A stretch of 64,000 nucleotides of DNA from the human T2T-CHM13v2.0 reference genome, Homo sapiens. How positions within the stretch are numbered: position 1 is the stretch's first letter; each line of letters starts with the position of its first letter. Of the stretch, positions 44,658 through 57,584 are shown one piece after another. The stretch lies in the NCBI RefSeq assembly GCF_009914755.1, contig NC_060936.1; one strand, given 5' to 3'. The position numbers and the translations under genes are program-made. Under the pieces are notes generated by a model, which was not told the origin of the DNA, searched no databases, and worked only from the letters and a program-made list of their open reading frames with translations.

Positions 44658-44706
<49 letters not shown>
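44658..44706. repeat. (TG)24 microsatellite
   Basis: Pure TG run, counted directly. Confidence 0.97.
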
Positions 44707-44707
<1 letters not shown>

Positions 44708-45639
44708 TGTGGTTTTTAAGGTTTTTTTTCTCCACGAACCATTTTGTAAAATCCAAGAGGGGATTTCATACTCACAAAAAGATAATTTTTTCCCTCTCTC
44801 TCTCTTATTGCCATAATCAAACTCACGCAGCAAAGGTGAAGAGAGACTAGCCGCTGGAGTAACATTACTACACATTTGATTCCAAACGCTTCAGGCAATT
44901 GTTTAACACTCGGTCAGGACGTGGAATACTCAATAGGGAAGCCTCGCGTCCACCCAAAGGCTCTACGAGCGTCTATGGTTCTTCCTTTTCAGACAGGATA
45001 ACTCAACCTGCAGTTCTGAGAGAAATAGGGCGACGGATCTCAAACTTTCCTTTGCAAAGCCAGTTTCTGAAAATAACACGTTCCCCCATTGATAAGTGAA
45101 GATCAGTAGCCTCAAGAAAACAATACTTGGTAGGCACCTGGCCTTTCAGAATTGAAGGGGGAAGGAATGGCAAAGCAGATAGCAGAAAACCCGGGTACTA
45201 GTAGCAAGATCCGGGAGACATCTAACCGGAAAGAAATAAAAAACCATTAGTTTCCCGAAGCCATTCTTATTCTGAACGCTCTTCGTTAAGAGAATCATTT
45301 ACTAAAGCTCTCTTGTAGTAGCCTTTACAAAAGCTTTATTTCATTCAGTAAGAAAGCGCCCCGTCCCAAATCTAAATAAACCTTACATAGATGAGGCTCC
45401 GGAAATTATCAGCTTGATTCTTTATGAAGATAGTTAGAGGTGGATAAATCAATAGACTCGCTGAAACACCCACCTTCTGCAAACAGGCCTGAGAATTAAC
45501 TAATCAGAAGTGGACAAAAAGTAGGGATTTCAGAAAGATGACCTGACACATCCCATTGATCTTCCCTGGAATGCGACCCCCAACTCCTTATTAAGAGTCC
45601 AAAATGGTTACCAGCCAGGATGGGTCTGGGTGAGGAATC

Positions 45640-47520
45640 GAATTACAACCCACTTCAATCCTCGACCTGGTCGTTTGCTGTTATTAGGAGAAATGGGGCA
45701 GAGAGGGAGGGCACCGCTCACGGAGCCTCATTTCGCATGCTCCGATCCCCTCTCGGCGTCCCTCTACTCCGCCCCTACCCTGACCGCCCGCGAGGGAGAC
45801 GCCGGCCGATGGACCCGCATCTGCCCTCACCTCTCGCCTTCCCCGGGCGATCCCTCTACAGTCCCGGACCCCCGAGAAAGGGGAAGGGAGACGTGTGCAC
45901 ACGGGGGCTTCCGGGACCGCGGTCCTGCAGTTGCCGCTCCGGTCCCCAGCGCTGGCCGGCGACCCGAGGCGCGGCTCGCACCTACCTGCAGCCCCGCTTC
46001 CCGGTGGCGGCAACACCTAGCGATGCTCCTGCAGCTTTTGCGGGCCGGCGCCAGCCTTATCGCTCTCGCATCGCTTCCAAGATGCCAATCCGCCGTCACC
46101 ATCCAGGGGCATAGGGAACCGAAGTCTGGTGCTGTGTGATCGTGGAGGGCGGCGTGTGAGTGTGGCCCTGAGCGTGCGAGTGTGCGCGCGCGTGTGTGGA
46201 TGTGTTTCCTCCTCCGATGGCAAAGACGGTTCAGGAATCTGACATCCAAGCTGGAATCCCCCTGAAGCGGGTGAAGGTGAGCCTGATCCTTCTCCCCGCT
46301 TCTTTATTCCACAGTGTCAAAGTAATCAAAAGATTTGTTTACTGAGGAAAAGCCAAAGTCCCGCAGCCCTTGGCAGCGCCCGCGGTCGCCTCCTGTCCTC
46401 GCCGGATGCGCGCGGTGCGCTCAGCTCCCTGGACTGCAAGAATCAAGGCGGTCTTGCTGCAATTACCGCTCTTATTCCATCTCTGATTTGTTTGCTTTTA
46501 AGGCCGACTAAAGACTTTTCCTCTCGCCTCACGTCGTCTCTCCCTCTCACACACACACACACTCACACATCCTCCGTTCCCTCTCTCCCGCCCTCCCTCT
46601 TGTTCTCTGGGGAAAGGCAATTGGACAGAATGATTCACCTTCAGGAAAGCAGCCTCGGCCACGCACTTCTCGAGTTCCCTGGCTCTCGCAGGTACCGGGT
46701 CTCCAACGTGGCGGAGTTGCTGGGAAGCTCGGGACAGGAAGGAGGAGAGGCTCTGAGCTCAGCCGATGTCCCCCCTCCAGACGCCCGCGTTCCTCCGTCC
46801 AGGTGCCCCTGTTCCCACTGCTCGCAGATAGGTCCCCGCTGGTGCCCTCGCGGAGACTTGGCGCCTTCCACTCGAATCCACTTAGCAGCAACTCCTGGCC
46901 AGCTTCAGCCCCTCAATCCCGCCTCGAAGTGCTGCGGGCAGAGCCCCACGCAGCCCACCCGCTGCCCTTCTAGGCATCGTGGGCTGGAAGGAAGGGAAAC
47001 CCGCCGATGTCCCCCTGGTAGCAGTGCCCTGGCACCGTCACCACCGAGGAGGTGCGAGTTCCAACATCGAACACAAGCGAGCAGGTGTCGCCTGTGTCAC
47101 TTTGCTAAAGGCGGGAGGGGAGAAAGAAAGGAGCGGGGGGAGGGGGCCGAGGAAACAAATCCAGATCACCGGCGGAGAAAGAAGCCGTTTAGCAAGCAAA
47201 GCCTCCTCTCCGCGTCCCACCCCAGATGCTATACTGTCAAAAGACACTGATGCTAATCTTTTAGAAAGTCGCCATAAAGGGCAGAGCCCCTGCTCCACTC
47301 TAGAACCCTATTCCACCCAGCCTGGCTGTCCAGTGAGTACAGAGTGACTTGGCTCCCCCGTATAGTGCAGCGAGAATGCAGGAGAATAGGTCCTGACACT
47401 CCAGGTTGAGTTAAGCAGTAAAATGGAATGGCAGGGCCGGGCGGCGTTGCCTCGCCTCTCTCTCCCAACAGCCAGTTCTGTTAGCCCCAGCAACTGCCGT
47501 TGAGAGCAAACAACGGTCCT
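45640..47520. promoter_or_regulatory. CpG island / promoter region
   Basis: Sharp rise in GC and CpG density in an otherwise AT-rich, CpG-depleted window; no TE sequence; CpG shores extend to about 44850 and 47880. Confidence 0.93.
45986..46500 (-). other. TAFA2: Putative non-coding first exon (5' UTR) of a minus-strand gene, tentatively TAFA2/FAM19A2; 5' boundary uncertain
   Basis: Strong donor CAG|GTAGGT at 45986/45985 inside the CpG island; no coding exon in the 46 kb downstream, implying a very long intron 1. Gene name rests only on my recollection that the TAFA2 5' UTR ends ...GAAGCGGGGCTGCAG just before its ATG exon; not verified. Confidence 0.5.
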
Positions 47521-49025
47521 GCAGAAAAAGAACGAGACAGTAAAAGATGAGGAGGCAACTGGTATAAAAGCTGGACTATGTCTCCCTCTAGAGGGTCAAC
47601 CGGATTAGAACGCTTTACTAGATGTAACAGACCAGTTTCTCTCCATAAAGAAAAAGAAAAAAATATCTGGTTTCAGATAATTTGCATTTTTACAAATTAC
47701 AACTTCTCAAGGATTTAGACGGAGGATTTTCACTGCAGCCCTATTAAGCAAAGCCCTTGCTAAAGGAACGTCGTGATATTCATGACGCTGGAAGGTCATG
47801 TCCTTACATGTTTGGTCAAATTGGGTGTCGGTTTAAGCGCTGTGCATATGAGCTCAAATGAAGGGTCTTCTGAGGCTCACTTCGATCATGTTTGGAGATG
47901 AGCAAAACCTTAATCTAGTGATTAGAAGACTATTCAAAAATGAATAATTAGTAAGAATGAATTCAGAAAAAGAAAATCTGAAACAAAGAAAGGGAATGCT
48001 GACCCAGGAAATTTTACAAGTCCTTTACAAGGAAAGATAACTCAAGAATCTGGTTTTGGAGCCAGTTTTCATACCTCTTTTTCAACTAGACCAATAATGG
48101 TCAAGATAGCTAAATTCCTTCCAGCTCTAAAGGTCTGTGCTTTTATATAGCTGTGATTCACTGAAACCATTGACAAATTAGGTATCACAAGCTCTCTTCA
48201 CCAGCTATAAAATAAAAGTAATACTACATACCATATTTACAAAGAAATATAGAATATGTGCTTCACTTAGCTATTTTATCTTAACATGCTTAGTAAATCA
48301 ACCATATTTTGTATCTAAAATGCATCAAGTAATTTAATTATGTTGAGGTGGTCATTTTTATAAAAAATAGCTCCACCGATTTTATAAAGTTTTGTTACAT
48401 CAGTCCAAATCAAGCTAGGTCCCATCTGTAACCTTAACATTTAGATTTTTGTGAACTTACTATTTGAGCTGGGGGTTTGCTTTCAAAATGTTTCTGTATG
48501 TTCAAAAATTGTAAAATGTGTATTAAAGTTATTATTAAACACCCTTCCATTCACTCTGAATTTCTGGAGCAGTTCTATTTTAACTTGATAATCTAAATTA
48601 GCACAGTCATAAAGAAAGAAAAGAATGTATTTTTTAAATAGCTGAGACTAGTTGAAATCATTTAAAACAAAGCACCAAAACTAAACAAGGCAAGTTTTAC
48701 CGTAACTAATTGCTCTATGGCATATTTGACTTTGTCTAGTAGTATACAGCAATCATTTGTTTCCAAGGATCTCTCAGATAGTCTCTTTCAAAAGATTTAT
48801 GCCATGTGATTAAATATTTCATTCCACTTACATAGTAACTTATATCCAGGAAAGCAACGTTTACATTTTAAAACACCTGGCACTGTTGCACTGCAAATCT
48901 TACAGTATTTTTTTGTCTGCTGTGTTCAATAGTGTGATGAAATTCAAGCAGGAATGACATTGGAAACTTGGACTCTGTACTAGAAAGAAGTCACTTACAA
49001 AATCACTTTAGAACATTGGCTTTCT

Positions 49026-49028
<3 letters not shown>

Positions 49029-49060
<32 letters not shown>
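49029..49060. repeat. (CA)16 microsatellite
   Basis: Direct reading. Confidence 0.95.
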
Positions 49061-49064
<4 letters not shown>

Positions 49065-49493
49065 AAAAAAACATAAAGCATACATTATAATCTTTCTACC
49101 TTCTAATTCATTAACTTTTTGTGGTTGTAATCTATAGTTTTGTCATCTTGTTAAAATTTTATTTGTATTGTTTAAGTGTGGGACATTTTCAGCCTTATTT
49201 TTCTAACTAAACCCACTGTGTTTTTACAATATATGAAAAAGTAAAGAGAACAGATATATAAATTAATTACAAAATAGAACAAAATTTCTTATCCAATGTC
49301 ATATGATGCTGAAATTCTATCATAACCTCTGTGCTTTTTGTAAATAATTCCCAATAATTTTTAGATCAAGATATTCCTATTTCCAGCATCTCCTAGACAA
49401 AACAAAATCTTTTGCATTCTCTTCAAAGGAAACAAAGTAGTAAAGATTCTCCTAATTTAACAGAAATTTTTTGTTGATACTTCTTACCTTCTA

Positions 49494-52013
49494 CAGGCAT
49501 GCCTCAAAAATGTTGCAGGTTTGGTTCCAAACCACCACAAATATTGCAATAAAGTGAGTCACACAATTTTTTTGGTTTCTCAACACATGTGAAAGTTATG
49601 TTTACACCATACTGCAGTCCATTAGGTATGCAATAGCATTTTGTCTTAAAAATGTACATATCTTACCTTGAAAATGGTTTAATGCTTTTTTTAAAAAAAG
49701 TGTACTGATGATCTGAGCCTTCAGTGATTCCTAATCTCTTTGCTGATGGAGAGTCTTGTTTCAGTGTTGATGGCTGCTGATGGATCAGGGTAGTGGTTGC
49801 TGAAGGTTGGAATTGCTGTGGCGATTTCTTAAAATAAGACAATAATGAGGTTTGCTGTGTCAATTGACTCTTCCTTTCACAAAAGATTTCTCTGTAACAC
49901 GCAATGCTGCTTGATAGCATTTTATCCACAGTAGAACTTCTTTCAAAATTGGAGTTAGTCCTCTCAACTCTGCCACTGCTTTATCAGTCAGGTTTATAAA
50001 ATATTCAAAATCCTTTGTTGTCATTTCAACAATATTCACAGCATCTTCACCATGAGTAAATTCCATCTCAAAAAAAACTACTTTGCTCATCCACAGAAGC
50101 AACTCTTCTAGCATCTAGAATGGTGAATGATCTCCAGAAGCTTTTCAATTTACTTTGCCCAGATCCATCAGAGGAATCATTATCTATGACAGATGTAGCC
50201 TAGCAAAATATATTTCTTAAATAAGAAGACTTGAAAGGCAAAATTACTCCTTGACCTATGGGCTGCAGAACAGATGTTGTGTTAGCAGGCATGAAAACAA
50301 CATGAACCTTCTTGTACATCTTCATCAGAGCTGTTGGATGACCAAATGTATTGTCAATAAGCAGTAGTATTTTGAAAGGAATCTTTTTGTGAAGCCAGTA
50401 GCTCTCAACAGTAGGCTTAAAATATTTAATAAAATATGCTGTAAACAAATGTGCTGCTATCAGGCTTTCTTTTTCCATTTATAAAACACAAGCAGAGTAG
50501 ATTTATTATAATTCTTAAGGGCCATACGATTTTCAGAATAGCAAATGAGCATTGGCTCCAACTTAAAGTCACCAGCTGCATTATCCTCTAACAAGAGAGT
50601 CATCCTGTCCTTTGAAGCTTCGAAGCCAGGCACTGACTTCTCTCTAGCTGGGAAAGTCCCAGATGTCATCCTCTTCCAATATAAGGATGTTTATTTACAT
50701 TGAAAATCTGTTGTTTAGTGTATCCACCTTCATCAATGATCTTAGCTAGATCTTCTGGATAACTTGCTGCAGCTTCTACCTAAGCACTTACTGCCTCACC
50801 TTTTACTCATGTATTATGGAGACAGCTTCTTTCTTTAAATCTCATGAACCAACCTCTGCTAGTTTCAAATTTTTCTTCTGAAGATTTTTTACCTTTCTTT
50901 CAGCCTTTATAGAATTGAAGAGAGTTAAGGCTTTGCTCTGGATTAGACCCTGGCTAAAAGGAATGTTGTGGCTGGTTTGATTTTCTATCTAGACCACCAA
51001 AGCTTTCTCTATGTCAGCAATAAGACTGTTTTGCTTCCTTATCATTGTGTGTTCACTGGAGCAGCACTTTTCATTTCCTTCTTGAACTTTTCCTTTGCAT
51101 TCACAACTTGCCTAGCAGTTTGGCTCAAGAGGCCTAGTTCTCAGCTTTTGACATGCCTTCCTCCCTATTAAGCTTTTGATTTAAAGTGAGAGACATGAGA
51201 CTCTTCCTTTCATTTGAACACTTACAGACCACTGTAGGGTTATATTAATGGGCCTAATTTCAATATTAGGTCAGGGAATAGGGAGACCCCAGGAGAGAGA
51301 GGGAGTTGGGGGAACAGCCAGTTGGTGAAACAGTCAGAACCACACAACATTTATTAATTAAGTTTGCCATCTTACATAGGCACAGTTCATTGCATCCTAA
51401 GACAATTATAATAGTAACATCAAAGACCAGTGATCACAGACCGCCATAACAGATACAAGAATAATACAAAAAGTCTGAAATATTGTGAGAATTACCAAAA
51501 TCTAACACAGAGACATGAAGTGAGCACATGCTGCTGAAAAAATGGCACTGAGGGACTTATTCAACACAGGGTTACCACAAACCTTAAATTTGTAAAAATA
51601 AAAGAAAATAATAATAATAAATAAAAACAATATTTGCAAAGTGCAGCAAAGAAGGGGTCTCCAACCCCCAGGGACTGGTACCCTCCCTGTTAGTAACCCA
51701 GCCTCACAGCAGAGGTGAGCTGTGGGCAAATGAGCATTACCGCCTGAGCTCCATCTCCTGTCAGATCAGCTGCGGCATTAGATTCTCACAGGAGCCTGAA
51801 CCCTATTGTAAACTGCACATGCAAGGGATCCAGGTTGTGCGCTCCTTATGAGAATCTAATGCCTGATGATCTGAGGTGGGATGGTTTCATCCCGAAATTA
51901 TCCCCCACCAACTGTCCATTGAAAAAAATTGTCCTCCATGAAACCGGTCCCTGGTGCTGAAAAGGTTGGGGACTGCTGCAATAAAGTAAGGCACAACAAG
52001 CTGAGGAATAGCC
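49494..52013 (-). mobile_element. Near full-length Tigger1 DNA transposon with decayed pogo-like DDE transposase
   Basis: TA+caggcatgcctc terminus; broken minus-strand frames ([18 protein letters not shown]; KILLLIDN..GHP; FMPANTTSVLQPIGQGVI); degenerate far TIR near 52000. Confidence 0.92.
51652..51978 (+). mobile_element. Complete MER1B nested in the Tigger1 subterminal region
   Basis: Both TIRs (aggggtctccaacc / ggttggggactgctg); imperfect 8-bp hAT TSD cagcaaag / caataaag. Confidence 0.9.
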
Positions 52014-52169
52014 ATATTTGTTTAAATTGCCATCCTCCTCAAGTCTAAGCAGTAAAAAATAATTTCTTTAAACACTGAACTTAACTGGATTGTAACTCTA
52101 TCATAGCTTTCCATGTTCTGTTCGCTAAAAATCACTTTGGTGCACTTCAGGCTTTTTCTTTTTTGCCTT

Positions 52170-52800
52170 TTATAGAAAATTACTTTATTGAAGTATAATT
52201 GATATACAATCAACTGCATGTATTTAAAGTGTACAATTTGATGAGTTTTGACACATGGGTATATCTGTGAAACTACCACCAGTCAAAATACCAAATGTTT
52301 CCATTCCCCCAAAAGTTACCTCATGCCCATTTATAATCCATATCTTCTTCCAGTCCTGTCTCTAGCATCCACTGATCTAGTTTCTGTCACTATAGTTTGC
52401 ATTTTCCACAGTTTATATAAATTGAATAGTATTTTATGTGTTCTTTTTTTGTCAGGCTTCTTCCCATTGGAATAATTATTTTCAGATCATCTGTGTTGTT
52501 GTACATAGCAATAGGTCATTCTTTTTTACTTCCAAGTAGTATTTCACATTGTAGATATACCACAATTTCTTTAACCATTCACCTCTTAATGAACATTTGG
52601 GTTACTTCTAGTTTGGGGATATTAAAAATAAAGCTGCTATGAACATTTGTGAAGAAGGCTTTGAGTGAACCTATGTTTTCATTGCTCTTGGGTTACTACC
52701 TAGAAATGAAATGGCTGGATCATATGGTAGGGTATGTTTAACTTAAAAACAAGAAGTATTTTCTAAAGTGTCTGTGCCATTTTGTATTCCCATCTGCTGT
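52170..52800 (-). mobile_element. L1MB/ME-type 3' end
   Basis: ctttattgaagtataattgatatacaat...tttaaagtgtacaatttgatgagttttgaca; aaaaataaagctgctatgaacatt. Confidence 0.85.
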
Positions 52801-53689
52801 GGTGGAGAGCTTTTGGAGCACTTCTAGCTTTCTACAAAAGGCTTTGTATTATATCCAAACTCCTTACCTCAAATCCCCACAACATCTCATAAAGCAGACG
52901 ATATAAACCCATTTATCACATGAAAAAAAAAATGAGACAATCTACCTGTTATTATATATTGGAGCTGAGATTCAAACCAGATCTATCTAAAGTCAGAGCC
53001 AGTCATTGATTTTTTGTTTGGCTTGGTTTTGTTCTTGTTTTTGTTTTCCCAGCCTCCTCTCTTTCTGCCTCCAACCCCTGTATCACAGGGAGATCAAACT
53101 CATTTGGATCTGGATATGGAAAAGGCTTTAGCCAGAGAACCTGGGTTCATTAGTAAGAATAAAGAGAAGAGATTAGTAAGAGAGATAGAATAAGGAGAAA
53201 AATTAGCTCTGGCTCCCCGCAGTGTTCTGCAAGATACGGTATTATAACAATTAAATTAAAACTTACGAGTCCCAGTTCATAGTTCTTAGCTTGTAGGATT
53301 GCTACCTACAAGCCATTCATCCCCACTTGTCTCCTCTTATTTTATTTGATGTTAACCAAGTTATTTCTAACTTATGCAATAATGTGTCTCTCACTTATCT
53401 TTTAAATGTTTTTTAAAAACATTTACAGAATATTTTCATGTAATCAAGTGAATGGAAGGAAGCACAGAATTCATTCCACACAACCCAAGGTTACATGCAT
53501 GTTATTAACTTATGCTATCCCCATCCCCTAGCATGGTACCTTACACACAATAAATACTCTATAAATACTTTGTGGTCAAAACTCAGGAAACCAAACAGGC
53601 CAACTGAATAGACACATGCCATGGAGATAAGTCAAGAAGACCATTTCACAAAGTGATGTGAGAAACAACTGAGGCAGGAAAACTGTCCT

Positions 53690-53920
53690 ACATGTAGTAG
53701 GCAAATATAACAAACCACCCCAAAACTTAGTTACTTAAAGAAGAAACATTTATTTAGTTCACATTTCTGTGGATTGGCAATTTGTTTTTGGCTTATTCTT
53801 CCCGACTCGGTTGGGCTTACTCATGTGTCTGAAATCAACTGGCAGTGCATTGCCTCCGTCATTATCTGACAATTGGCTGATTGTAAGCTGGAGTACTGGG
53901 GATAAGTAGGCCACATGCCT
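53690..53920. mobile_element. MLT1 MaLR LTR fragment, apparently continuing at about 60919-61000 after the L1PA
   Basis: ataacaaaccaccccaaaacttagttacttaaa...catttattt; gggcttactcatgtgtctg. Confidence 0.65.
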
Positions 53921-56900
53921 TTTTATTTTATTTTACTTCATTTTGTTTTAAGTGCCTGGATACATGTGCAAGACGTCTAGGTTTGTTACATAGGTAAACA
54001 TGTACCATTGTGGTTTGCTGCACCTATCAACCCATCACCTGGGTATTATACCCCCATGCATAAGCTATTTATTCTGATACTCTCCCTCCCCACACCCTGC
54101 CAACGCCATCAGGCCCCTGTGTGTGTTGTTTCCCTCCCTGTGTTCATGTGTTCACATTGTTCAGCTCCCACTTATAAATGAGAACATGCGGTGTTTGGTG
54201 TTCTGTTCCTGTGTTAGTTTGCTGAGGATAATGGCTTTGGGCTCCATCCATTTCCCTGCAAAGGACATGATCTCATTCCTTTTTACAGCTACATAGCATT
54301 CCATGGTGTGTGTGTGTGTATGTGTGTGTATATATATATATATGTATGTGTATATATATATAAAACATTGTCTTTATCGAGTCTATCACTAGTGGGAATT
54401 TGTGTGGATTCTATATCTTTGCTATTGTAAATAGTATTGCAATGAACATATACATGCATGTATCTTTATAACAGAATGATTGATGTTCCTTTGGGTATAT
54501 ACCCAGTAATGGCATTGCTGGGTCAAATGGTATTTCTGGTCCTAGGTCTCTGAGGAATCACCACATTGTCTTCCACAATGGTTGAACTAATTTACATTCC
54601 CACCAACAGTGTAAAAGTGTTTCTGTTTGTCCACAACCTCAACAGCATCTGTTGTTTCTTGCTTTTTAATAAACACTATTCTGATTGGTGTGAGATGATA
54701 TCTCATTGTGGTGTTAATTTGCATTTCTCTAATGATCAGTGATGTTGAGTTTTTTTCACATGCTTGTTAGTTGCATATATGTCTTCTCTTGAGAAGTGTC
54801 TCTGTTCAAGTCCTTTGCCCACTTTTTAATAGGGTTGTTTGTTTTCTTCTTGTAAATTTGTTTAAGTTCCTTGTAGATTCTGGATATTAGACTTTGTCAG
54901 ATGGATAGACTGCAAAATTTTCTCTCATTCTGTAGAATGTTTGCTCACTCTGATGATAGTTTCTTTTGCTGTGTAGAAGCTCTTTGGTTTAATTAGATCC
55001 CATTTGTCAATTTTTCCTTTTGTTGCAATTGCTGTTTATGTTTTCATCATGAAATTTTTGCCCGTGCCTATGTACTAAATGGTATTGCCTAGATTTTCTT
55101 CTAGGGTTTTTATATTTTTGGACTTTACATTTAAGTCTTTAATCCATCATGAGTTAATTTTTGTACAAGGTGTAAGGAAAGGGTCCAGTTTCATTTTCTG
55201 CATATGGCTAGCCAGTTATCCCAGCACAGTTTATTCAACAGGGTATCCTTTCCCTATTGCTCATTTTTGTCAGATTTGTCAAAGATCAGATGGTTGTAGA
55301 TATGCAATCTTATTTCTGAGATCTCTATTCTGTTCCATTGGTCTATTGTCTGTTTTTGTATCAGTACCATGCTGTTTTGGTTACTGTAGTTTTGTTGTAT
55401 AGTTTGAAGTCAGGTAGTGTGATGCCTCCAGCTTTGTTCTTTATGCTTAAGATTGTCTTGGCTATATGGGCTCTTTTTTGGATCCATGTTAATTTTATAG
55501 TAGCTTTCTCTAATTCCGTGAAGAATGTCAATGGTAGTTTAATGAGAATAGCATTGAATCTCTAAATTACTTTGGGCGGTATGGCCATTGATTCTTCCTA
55601 TCCATGAGCATAGAATGTTTTTCCATTTGTTTGTGTCCTCTCTTATTTCCCTGAGCAGTGGTTCGTAGTTCTCCTTGAAGAGGTCCTCCACATCCCTTGT
55701 TAGCTGTATTCCTAGGTATTTTATTCTCTTTGTAACAATTGTAATGGGAATTCATTCATGATTTGGCTCTCTGCTTGTCTATTGTTGCTGTATAGAAATA
55801 CTTGTGATTTTTGTATGTTTATTTTGTATCCTGAGACCGCTGAATTTGCATATCAGCTTAAGAAGCTTTTGGGCTGAGATGATGGGGTTTTCTAGATATA
55901 GGATCATGTTATCTGCAAACAGAGACAGTTTGACTTCCTCTCTTCCTATTTGAATATGCTTTATTTCTTTCTCTTGCCTGACTTCCCTGGCCAGAACTTC
56001 CAATACTATGTTGAATAGGAGTGGTAAGAGAGGGCATCCTTGTCTTATGCTGGTTAAAAGGAATGCTCCCAGCTTTTGCCTATTCAGTATGACATTGGCT
56101 GTCAGTTTGTCATAAAAGGTTCTTTTTATTTTGAGGTATGTTCCATCAATACCTAGTATATTGAGAGTTTTTAACATGAAGAGATGTTGAATTTCAGCAA
56201 AAGCCTTTTCCTATGTCTATTGAGATAATTATGTGGTTACTGTCTTTAATTCTGTTTATGTGATGAATTATGTTTATTGATTTGCATATGTTGAACCAGC
56301 CTTGCATCCCAGGGATGAAGACAACTTGATCATGGTGGATAAGCTTTTTGATGTGCTGCTGCATTTGATTTGCCAGTTGAGGATTTTTGCATTGATGTTC
56401 ATCAGGGACATTGGCCTGAACTTTGTTGTTGTTGTTGCTGTTGCTGTATTGCTGCAAGGTTCTGGTATCAGGATGATGCTGGCCTCAAAAGATGAGTTGG
56501 GAGGGGTCTCTCCTTTTCAATTGTCTGGAATAGTTTCAGAAGAAATGGTACCAGTGCCTCTTCGTACCTCTGGTAGAATTCAGCTGCAAATCTGTCTGGT
56601 CCTAGGCTTTTTTTGGTTGGTAGGCTATTTATTATTGCCTCAATTTCATAACCTGTTATTGGTCTATTTAGGGATTCAAATTATTTCAGATTCAGTCTTC
56701 AGAGGTTGTATGTGTCCAGGAATTTATTTATTTCTTCCAGATTTTCTAGTTTATTTGCATAGATGTGTTTATAGTATTCTCTGACGGCTGTTTGTATTTC
56801 TGTGGGGTCAATGATGATATCCCCTTTATGATTTTTTATTGTGTCTATTTTATTCTTCTCTCTTTTCTCCTTTATGAGTTTAGCTAACAGTCTATTTTAT

Positions 56901-57080
56901 TAATTTTTTTCAAAAAACAAGCTCCTGGATTAGCTGATTTTTTAAGGGTTTTTCATATCCCTATCTACTTCATTTCTACTGTGATCTTGGTTATTTCTTG
57001 TCTTCTGCTAGCTTTGGGGTTTGTTTGCCCTTGGTTTTCTAGTTCTATTAATTGTGATGTTAGATTTGAGATCTTTCTAG

Positions 57081-57368
<288 letters not shown>

Positions 57369-57553
57369 TGATGTGGCATTTAGTGTTATAAATTTCCCTC
57401 TTAATACTGCTTTAACTGCATCCCAGAGATCCTGGTACTTTGTCTCTTTGTTCTGATTGGTTTCTAAGAACTTCTTGATTTCTGCCTTAATTTCATTATT
57501 TACCCAGGAGTCATTCACGAGCAAGTTGTTCAATTTACATGTAGCTGTGTGGT

Positions 57554-57556
<3 letters not shown>

Positions 57557-57584
<28 letters not shown>

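Noticed and set aside
47007-47024. CTCF site
   Set aside because: The core ccccctggt matches, but the strongly conserved flanking G positions do not; too weak to list as a feature.
45620-47493. Many overlapping ORFs of 60-252 aa in the CpG island
   Set aside because: Stop-codon scarcity in GC-rich DNA; Pro/Arg/Ser-rich, no recognisable domain, several start at non-ATG codons.
49663-50669. Domesticated TIGD-like transposase gene
   Set aside because: Fragmented over several frames with stops and a lost catalytic-motif Asp; an ordinary Tigger1 fossil.
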